This document shows, piece after piece, positions 54,700 to 61,220 of a DNA stretch of 64,000 nucleotides. Every line of letters starts with the position of its first letter. The first letter of the stretch is position 1. The translations under genes and the position numbers were made by a program. The stretch comes from Gemmatimonadota bacterium (GTDB lineage: Bacteria > Gemmatimonadota > Gemmatimonadetes > Gemmatimonadales > GWC2-71-9). The notes under the pieces are model-generated. The model saw only the letters and a list, made by a program, of their open reading frames with translations. It did no database searches and was not told where the DNA came from. The stretch spans positions 139,115 to 203,114 of the forward strand of contig QHUM01000039.1 of assembly GCA_003222135.1 (NCBI GenBank), given 5' to 3'.

Positions 54700-55599
54700 T
54701 CAAGCGGGGGGCGTCGCACCGACGCCTCCCGCTTTCTTACGTCCCATGAGCTTGCGGAAAAACGCTGCGACGGCGGCCAGCGCTACCACGAGCAGCTTTT
54801 TGAGCCCGATCAGGGCGGCGAGCAGCACCTTGAAGAGCCCCGCCTTCGCGGCCACGCCGCCCGCGATCAGCGCAGCGATCCCGTACGTAGCGACCTTGTC
54901 GGTCCCTGGAACGAAATCGGCGTAGCGATGTCCGTCGGTGAACTCGACGAAGCCCATCACCTGGCTCATCGCGCCCTTGATCTGCTCCAGCTGGTCCATC
55001 TCGGCGACGGCGTTTAAGACGAGCACGCCGCGCCGCCCGAGCACGCGGATGTTGTAGTTGAGCATGTGCGCGGTGTCGTCGCCGAACCGCAGGTTTTTTG
55101 CCCAGTACAGCTTGTGGCTGGCGCTGTCGTAGCGTGGCGGCTCGGCCCAGCCCACGAGCTCGACCGTGGGATAGCCGGCGCGCTTGCGCTCGTCGTTCTC
55201 GTCGCGGATCCCCTGCTGCATCTTTTTCAAGAGGTCGACATAATCGATCTTGGCCGCGTCGTCGTCCTTGACGTAACCGTCTTCGTCGTAGGTGATCACG
55301 ACGGCCCACGCCTCGCGGGCGAACACGCTGTGGCCGGACGGCAGGAGCATGCCGAGCGTGCGGCTGCCGGGGGGATTCCCCCACGCCTGGAGCACCATGG
55401 CGGCCTGGCGCGCGTCCAAGTACCGGAAATCCGCTGGCAGCTCGAGGGTCGCGAGCCCGTTGCGGACGGTGACCCGCCCCGTCTGGTACTGCAGCTGCGC
55501 TTCGAGTTGCTGGGGGGTGAGCGGCCGCTTCTCGAGCTTCTGAGCGGATGCCGTTCTCCAGGAGAGCAGCACGAGGCAAGCGAGCCAGCGAGCGGACAT
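54700..55599 (-). CDS. DUF2167 membrane-anchored protein
   Basis: It has a signal peptide and a C-terminal TM pair. The pattern GNPPG...G.L.P and KLYWAKNLRFG...LNYNIRVLGRRGVLVLNAV matches my recollection of DUF2167. A strong SD (GAGGAGGAAG) lies upstream. Confidence 0.8.
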   Translation of the reverse strand: MSARWLACLVLLSWRTASAQKLEKRPLTPQQLEAQLQYQTGRVTVRNGLATLELPADFRYLDARQAAMVLQAWGNPPGSRTLGMLLPSGHSVFAREAWAVVITYDEDGYVKDDDAAKIDYVDLLKKMQQGIRDENDERKRAGYPTVELVGWAEPPRYDSASHKLYWAKNLRFGDDTAHMLNYNIRVLGRRGVLVLNAVAEMDQLEQIKGAMSQVMGFVEFTDGHRYADFVPGTDKVATYGIAALIAGGVAAKAGLFKVLLAALIGLKKLLVVALAAVAAFFRKLMGRKKAGGVGATPPA

Positions 55600-55653
55600 T
55601 TCCCGCTTCCTCCTCGATCGAGAGCTTGAACCAATCTATCTATATTGCGGGCG

Positions 55654-58206
55654 ATGCGAGTGTCGCGCGACCACTTCCTTCCTCCCGATCCCAAGGCCTT
55701 TCTCGCCGCCGAGCCCTCGACCGGGCGGGTCGTCGTCATCGCCCCGACCCGGGCGGCGTGCGAGACGATCGAGCTGGCGTTCGGCCTGAACATCGACACG
55801 CTGCTCGCGCGCGAGCACGGCGGCGACATCGACCGCCTGGCCGCCTCGGGGCGCGGGTTCGGCATCGTGGCCGGCACCGGCACCGGGAAGACGCTCGCGA
55901 TCCGCTCGATCGCCCAGACCATCCTGGGGGCGCCCCTCAAGGTCGGCGTCGTGAACCGCGAGCGCGAAGCGACGCCCGAAACGCCGACCTGGAATGTGGT
56001 GATCGTCACCACGGGCATCGCGCGCCGCTGGTTCGAAGACGGCCTGATCACCGAGCGCGACACGCTCGTCGTCGACGAAATCCACCAGACGTCGGCGGAG
56101 CTCGAGCTCTGCCTCGCGCTCGGCAAGCGGGCCCGGTGCCGCTTCATCTGGCTCTCGGCGACCGTGGATCCGGCCTTCTACGCCCGCTACCTCGCCTCGG
56201 TCGAGGTGCTGGAGACCCGCGCGTTCGACCCGGCGAAGGCCGCTCAAGTGCGCGTGCTTCCCCAACAACCGCTCGAGTTCCTGAACGAGCGCTTCGTCAA
56301 GCAGGTCATGCGCGAGCGGCGCGGCGTGGCCGTGTTCGTCCCGACCCGTGCTGAAGTCGAGCAGATCGCGCGGGAGGTCGGTGCACGTTGGCAGGCCTTG
56401 CCCACGGCGTTCTATCACGGCGGCGAGCCGATCCGGGTCATCCGCCCGTTTCTGGACGGCGAGGTGCGGCGCCCGTTCCTGCTGGCGATGACCGCGGCCG
56501 GCCAGTCCGCCCTGAACATCCGCGGTCTCGATACGGTGGTGATCTACGACGCCCGCTACACCAACGTCGTGGAGCGGGGCCGCAACGTGCTGACCCGGTT
56601 GTACCTCGGCGCGAATGAGATCCTCCAGATGGCGGGCCGGGTGCACGGCCGCGTCGCAGGCGGCGAGGTGCACATCCTCTCGGACCGCGCGCTCGATTTC
56701 GAGCGGCTCGTGCCGACCCCGCCGGAATTTCAGCTCGCAGGCGACGCGGAGCGCGTCGCGATCACCTGCGCCGCGCTGGGCGTGGACGCGCAAGACCTCG
56801 ACTTGCCCGTCCCGCTCGATCGCAAGGCGTATCGCGACGCGCTCGAGCTCCTGACGGAGCGAGGGCTCATCGAGCGGGGCCGGCTGACGCGCTACGGCCG
56901 GGAAGTCGAGGCGATGCCGGTCGAGCGGCCGTGGGGCGAGCTCCTCTATCACGCGGAGGGCGAGCTTACGCCGATCGTGGCGGTCACGGCCAACATCGAC
57001 TCGCTGCACCGCATGACCCGGGAGGAGCGGGACCTGAAAGGGCTGATCGTGCCGGGGAGCGATCACCTCACGGCGTACAACGTGTTCGCCGAGGCGGTCA
57101 ACAAGCACGGCTACCTGGGGGAGGTGTACGGCCTGCCGCGCCATCTGTTCCGCGAGAGCGTCGATGCCTGGGCCGAGGGTCGCGGTGTGCTCGTCAAGGC
57201 GATCGAGGACGTGGCGCTCGGGACGGCGTCGGTGTACCGCCAGCTGGAGCTGCCGCTCCCCGAAAGGCTCCCCTATGCAGGCGACAAGATACTGGCGGCC
57301 TTCGCCGACTTGGTCGCGAAGATCATGCCATTCGACCTGGTGATCGACGAGGAGACGGCGGACGGGCGCGAGGCGCGAGTGAGCCGCGGATCGGTGTGTG
57401 GCAGCTGGGGGGCGGTCGCCGGGACGCTGCGCTACTTCGCGGACCGGTTCGGCGTGCCGCGCGCCAGCATCGAAGGCACCCAGCTCCCCGAGCGTGCCTT
57501 GCGCCGCTACGCACGGCGGGGCGCCCCGGGTGTGGTGTTCGAGCGGCAGCGTCGGCGTGAGGGCCTCATGGTGGTGCGCACGGTCGAGTACTGCGGCTTC
57601 GTGCTGGAGCGGGAGGTCGAGCCGCTGAGGAGCCCGTTTCCGGCGGACCTCGCCGCCGCTGCCCGTACGGCGTTGGTCCAGGCGCTGCTGGCCGGAGAAA
57701 CGCCGCATCCCGACCAGGGACGCATACGCAAGGCGCTGGAGCGCTTCGGCTTCTACTGGCGGCGCTCGGGGGGAGGGCTCGCTGAAGCGGCCACCGAGCG
57801 ACTGACCGCCCGCCTCGCCGCCCAGCTCGAAGGCGTGACCTCGTGGGACGAGTTCATCAATACGCGCCTCGTGCTCGACATCGACGCGTCGGTCCCCGAG
57901 GGCCTGCGCCACGAACTCGACGCGCTGCCGTCCTCGATCCACCTGTACGGCGACCGCGTCCCCGTGGACTACGAAGTGGAGCGCGGCGCCGGCGTGATAC
58001 GGCTGCGCCTCAAGGAGGGACAGGCGCGCCGGCTACAGCCCCGCGACCTGCCGCCCCTCGATCGTCCGGTGCGCTTCACCGTGCTGCGTGGCAAGCGTGA
58101 GGCGGTGCGTGCCGACACGCTCGAGGACCTGAGGCGCCAGCTCAGCAGTCTGTCGCGCGAGGAACGAGTCCGCCTGGTGCGCGGCGGGCGGCGGCGCCGG
58201 CGCTAG
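55654..58206 (+). CDS. DEAH-box (HrpA/HrpB-like) ATP-dependent helicase
   Basis: Walker A is AGTGTGKT and motif II is VVDEIHQTS. SAT and the QMAGRVHG motif VI region are also present. The long C-terminal extension is unrelated to families I recognise. Confidence 0.85.
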   Translation: MRVSRDHFLPPDPKAFLAAEPSTGRVVVIAPTRAACETIELAFGLNIDTLLAREHGGDIDRLAASGRGFGIVAGTGTGKTLAIRSIAQTILGAPLKVGVVNREREATPETPTWNVVIVTTGIARRWFEDGLITERDTLVVDEIHQTSAELELCLALGKRARCRFIWLSATVDPAFYARYLASVEVLETRAFDPAKAAQVRVLPQQPLEFLNERFVKQVMRERRGVAVFVPTRAEVEQIAREVGARWQALPTAFYHGGEPIRVIRPFLDGEVRRPFLLAMTAAGQSALNIRGLDTVVIYDARYTNVVERGRNVLTRLYLGANEILQMAGRVHGRVAGGEVHILSDRALDFERLVPTPPEFQLAGDAERVAITCAALGVDAQDLDLPVPLDRKAYRDALELLTERGLIERGRLTRYGREVEAMPVERPWGELLYHAEGELTPIVAVTANIDSLHRMTREERDLKGLIVPGSDHLTAYNVFAEAVNKHGYLGEVYGLPRHLFRESVDAWAEGRGVLVKAIEDVALGTASVYRQLELPLPERLPYAGDKILAAFADLVAKIMPFDLVIDEETADGREARVSRGSVCGSWGAVAGTLRYFADRFGVPRASIEGTQLPERALRRYARRGAPGVVFERQRRREGLMVVRTVEYCGFVLEREVEPLRSPFPADLAAAARTALVQALLAGETPHPDQGRIRKALERFGFYWRRSGGGLAEAATERLTARLAAQLEGVTSWDEFINTRLVLDIDASVPEGLRHELDALPSSIHLYGDRVPVDYEVERGAGVIRLRLKEGQARRLQPRDLPPLDRPVRFTVLRGKREAVRADTLEDLRRQLSSLSREERVRLVRGGRRRRR

Positions 58207-58256
58207 GGGGATCCCTCAGGCGGATGTGACCTCGGCGCGATGGGGGGGTCCTCTCT

Positions 58257-58787
58257 ATGGCGGCGGTGCTGCCTGAAACTCTGACCCTGCATCCGAGTAT
58301 GCAATCAGGTATGCCACAACAACGAGACAAGACTACCAGCGCTCCACCTCCGCTCTCCTTCGCGCCCCTCGGCCAGGCGGTCTTGGAGTCGTTCGGCGAG
58401 GGTGTGGTGGTGTTCGACGCCTACGGCCGGATGATCTACGCGAACCAGCGTGCGCGCCGAGTGGTGGACAGCTTGGGCGACCCGACGTTCCTGCGCGGCG
58501 GTGCCCTGCGGGAGCGGCTCGTCAGCCTGGGCGGCCGACCCCAGTCGCTGAAGCAGGGCGCTGCGGACCTCGGTGAGGCGATCTTCCTGGCCGACGGCGA
58601 TCACGCGAAGACACTCGCGGAGCGCGAACGGCTGGCGATCCTCGACACCCTGGAACAGACGCACGGCAAGCTCGCCGAAACGGCGCGCCGGCTCGGCATC
58701 AGCCGCACCACGCTGTGGCGACGGCTGCGCGCCTACGGCCTTCGGCCCGACGCGCGCGGCAGCCACGGACCCACAGTGCGCGCGTAG
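58257..58787 (+). CDS. Fis-type HTH regulator with a PAS-like N-terminal segment (no AAA+ domain)
   Basis: The C-terminal segment ERERLAILDTLEQTHGKLAETARRLGISRTTLWRRLRAYGL is a Fis-family HTH. The start codon is uncertain. Confidence 0.7.
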   Translation: MAAVLPETLTLHPSMQSGMPQQRDKTTSAPPPLSFAPLGQAVLESFGEGVVVFDAYGRMIYANQRARRVVDSLGDPTFLRGGALRERLVSLGGRPQSLKQGAADLGEAIFLADGDHAKTLAERERLAILDTLEQTHGKLAETARRLGISRTTLWRRLRAYGLRPDARGSHGPTVRA

Positions 58788-58866
58788 CGGCGCCGCACGG
58801 GCCGCCCGCCTGGCGTCGTAGTTTCAGGCCCTCTAGCTTCCCGCTCAGGCCACTGCCCGGGAAGCT

Positions 58867-59334
58867 ATGCGCGTCGCGCCGTATTTCATTGAAGAGTATG
58901 TCCGTTGGTCGGACGTGGATTTCGCGGGCATCATCTTCTACGGCTCCTACGTGCGCTTCTTCGAGATCGCCGAGACGGAGCTGTTTCGCGCCTGCGGCCT
59001 CGCCTACGCGCAGGTCTTCGATCGCTATGACGTGTTTCTCCCCCGCAAGGCGGTACACAGCGAGTTCTATTCGCCGGCTCGCCTGGATGACCGGCTGCGG
59101 GTCGCGACGTACGTCGGGCGGATCGGCACTACTTCACTTACGCTCAACTTCGACGTGTTCCGCGGCACGGGCCAGGCCCTCACGGCCGCGGGGTGGATGG
59201 TGCTGGTCTGCGTGGACCGGAAACAGTTGAGGCCGCGACCGCTGCCGGCGGCGTTGATCGAGGCGCTCGCGCCCCACACCCTGTCGCTCGAAGCCGCGCG
59301 CGCGCAGCTCGGCGCCGCCCTGCCGGCCCCCTGA
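58867..59334 (+). CDS. Acyl-CoA thioesterase (4HBT / YbgC-like hotdog fold)
   Basis: VRWSDVDFAGIIFYGSYVRFFEIAETELFRACG matches the 4HBT catalytic Asp region. Confidence 0.85.
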   Translation: MRVAPYFIEEYVRWSDVDFAGIIFYGSYVRFFEIAETELFRACGLAYAQVFDRYDVFLPRKAVHSEFYSPARLDDRLRVATYVGRIGTTSLTLNFDVFRGTGQALTAAGWMVLVCVDRKQLRPRPLPAALIEALAPHTLSLEAARAQLGAALPAP

Positions 59335-59837
59335 ACGCGCGCGCGCTCGTGCTGCTAGCGCTCGGCGCTGCGGCGTGCGGGAGCCGAGGAGCGGGGCCGG
59401 CGGCGCGGTTGCGCGCCCGCATCATTCGGCAGTCCCGTGACACGCTGCGCTTCGAAATCCCGGCCGTCGCCAGCCGCTGCGCGCCAGCGGTCGGGGACGG
59501 CCTGGTGCTGCAAGGCAGCGAGCACGGCAACGGGGTCCTGGTCTACCTCCGGTCGAGCGATTCGGTCGCGACTGGTGAATACCCGCTCATGGCGCGCGCC
59601 GACAGCACTACGGCACGCGGTGCGATCGTGACGGCACGCTTCCAGACGGGCGATGTGGCGCACGGCGTCGTGCTCGACAGCGGGACGGTATCGGTGACCC
59701 GGGCCGGAGACGTGCTCACGGCGAGCGCCCGGGGCACGGGCGCCGAGGTCGCGGGAACCGGGCGCGTGGCCCTCGCCGCGTCGTTCGAGTCGGTGCCCAT
59801 CGGACCGGGCATGGTGCCGTGCGCGGCGCGGCTGTGA
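59331..59837 (+). CDS. Hypothetical lipoprotein (start CTG 59331 or GTG 59349)
   Basis: The frame is open across the thioesterase stop. Starting at CTG 59331 (a CTGA overlap) gives (M)NARALVLLALGAAACGS, a complete lipoprotein signal. GTG 59349 gives a signal without a charged n-region. Confidence 0.6.
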   Translation: MNARALVLLALGAAACGSRGAGPAARLRARIIRQSRDTLRFEIPAVASRCAPAVGDGLVLQGSEHGNGVLVYLRSSDSVATGEYPLMARADSTTARGAIVTARFQTGDVAHGVVLDSGTVSVTRAGDVLTASARGTGAEVAGTGRVALAASFESVPIGPGMVPCAARL

Positions 59838-59887
59838 TCGCCGAGCACGCGGTGCCCGGCACCGCGGCACGGCGTTAGATTGCCCGC

Positions 59888-61117
59888 GTGGAGCAGACCT
59901 ACTTCCGGAGAGGCTTCGGGCTGAAGGGACGCATCGAAGGCGCCCTGACGGCCGACTATCACAGTCATGTCGTGGACACGATCCGCCAGCACGGGTATGT
60001 GCTGGCGCTGGGCGACCTCACCTTCAAGCTGGCCGGCGAGTTCGGATTCTGCTACGGCGTCGACCGCGCCGTCGAGTACGCGTACGAGACCCGCACCAAG
60101 TTCCCCGACAAACGCATCTTCCTCGTGGGCGAGATCATCCACAACCCGCATGTCAACTCGAAGCTGCGCGCGATGGGCGTGGTGTTCCTCGAGCGGCCCG
60201 ACGGGGCCGAGCTCGGGTTGAGCCCCGTCACACCGGACGACGTCGTCATCCTTCCCGCCTTCGGCGTGACGGTGCGCGACTTCGATCGGCTGCGCGCCAT
60301 CGGCTGCGTGCTGGTCGACACGACCTGCGGCTCGGTGCTGAACGTGTGGAAGCGGGTGGAGTCGTACGCCAAGGACGGCTTCACCGCCATCATCCACGGC
60401 AAGTACTACCACGAGGAGACGAAAGCCACCTCGAGTCAGGTGACGAAGTACCCCGAGGGCCACTATGTCGTGGTGCGCGACATGGCGCAGGCCCGGGAGG
60501 TCTGCGACTACGTCGAGGGAGCGGGGAGCCCTAAAGGACTCCCTGACGGTCGCAGGGAGCGGTTCCTTCAGAACTTCGCGGGCAAGGTGTCGCCCGGATT
60601 CGACCCGGACCGGGACCTGACGCGGGTGGGCGTCGCGAATCAGACCACGATGCTCTCGGGTGAGTCGCTCGCCATCGCCGCCGAGCTCCGGACGAGCATG
60701 ACGAAACGCTACGGCGAAGCCGCGCTGGCCGGGCACTTCCGCACGTTCGACACGATCTGTTCGGCCACGCAGGACCGTCAGGACGCGGTGCTCAAGCTGA
60801 TCGCGGAGCCGCTCGACTTGATGGTCGTGATCGGCGGCTACAACTCGAGTAATACGACCCACCTCGCGGCGATCTGTCACGAGAAGGTGCCGACTTATCA
60901 CGTCGAAGACGCGTCCTGCATCGACCCGGAGGCGGGCGCCATCCGGTTCCGCCCCGTGGGCGACCAGGAGGAGCAGCGCCGCGACGGGTGGCTGCCTGCC
61001 GGGCCGGTCACGATCGGGATCACCGCCGGGGCCTCGACCCCGAACAACAAGATCGGGGAGACGATCGTCCGGATCGCCGCGACCCGGGGCACGACGCTGG
61101 AGGCTGCCCTCCGGTAG
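59888..61117 (+). CDS. ispH: 4-hydroxy-3-methylbut-2-enyl diphosphate reductase (long form)
   Basis: Motifs present: [38 protein letters not shown], and [13 protein letters not shown] (consensus-style VIGGxNSSNT). The start is GTG 59888. Confidence 0.95.
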   Translation: MEQTYFRRGFGLKGRIEGALTADYHSHVVDTIRQHGYVLALGDLTFKLAGEFGFCYGVDRAVEYAYETRTKFPDKRIFLVGEIIHNPHVNSKLRAMGVVFLERPDGAELGLSPVTPDDVVILPAFGVTVRDFDRLRAIGCVLVDTTCGSVLNVWKRVESYAKDGFTAIIHGKYYHEETKATSSQVTKYPEGHYVVVRDMAQAREVCDYVEGAGSPKGLPDGRRERFLQNFAGKVSPGFDPDRDLTRVGVANQTTMLSGESLAIAAELRTSMTKRYGEAALAGHFRTFDTICSATQDRQDAVLKLIAEPLDLMVVIGGYNSSNTTHLAAICHEKVPTYHVEDASCIDPEAGAIRFRPVGDQEEQRRDGWLPAGPVTIGITAGASTPNNKIGETIVRIAATRGTTLEAALR

Positions 61118-61200
61118 TTCGCGAGTCAACTCGCGGCTCGGCTCTGCCCGTAAACGGGCGCCGCTTCAGCGGCAGTGCCGAGCCGCGGCTTCAGCCGCGA
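61118..61200 (+). other. Highly structured GC-rich intergenic element (multiple tetraloop hairpins)
   Basis: The hairpins are CGCGAG-TCAA-CTCGCG (61120-35), outer stem CGGCTCGGC/GCCGAGCCG (61134-42 paired with 61177-85) enclosing GCCCG-TAAA-CGGGC and GCCGC-TTCA-GCGGC, and then GCGGC-TTCA-GCCGC (61185-98). Confidence 0.5.
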
Positions 61201-61220
61201 CTATTCGCCATATTTCCGTC

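Noticed and set aside
55626-55646. TTGAAC ... TATATT, resembling sigma-70 -35 and -10 boxes upstream of the DEAH helicase.
   Set aside because: The spacer is only 9 nt, far from the 16-18 nt optimum. It may just be an AT-rich divergent promoter region, and no specific call can be supported.
55636-57942. A 768-aa minus-strand ORF. Similar cases are 61653..63911 (752 aa), 25406..27280 (624 aa) and 51090..53486 (798 aa).
   Set aside because: Each is antisense to a gene with strong family motifs (DEAH helicase, Lhr, Lon, MCP) and shows shadow-frame composition.
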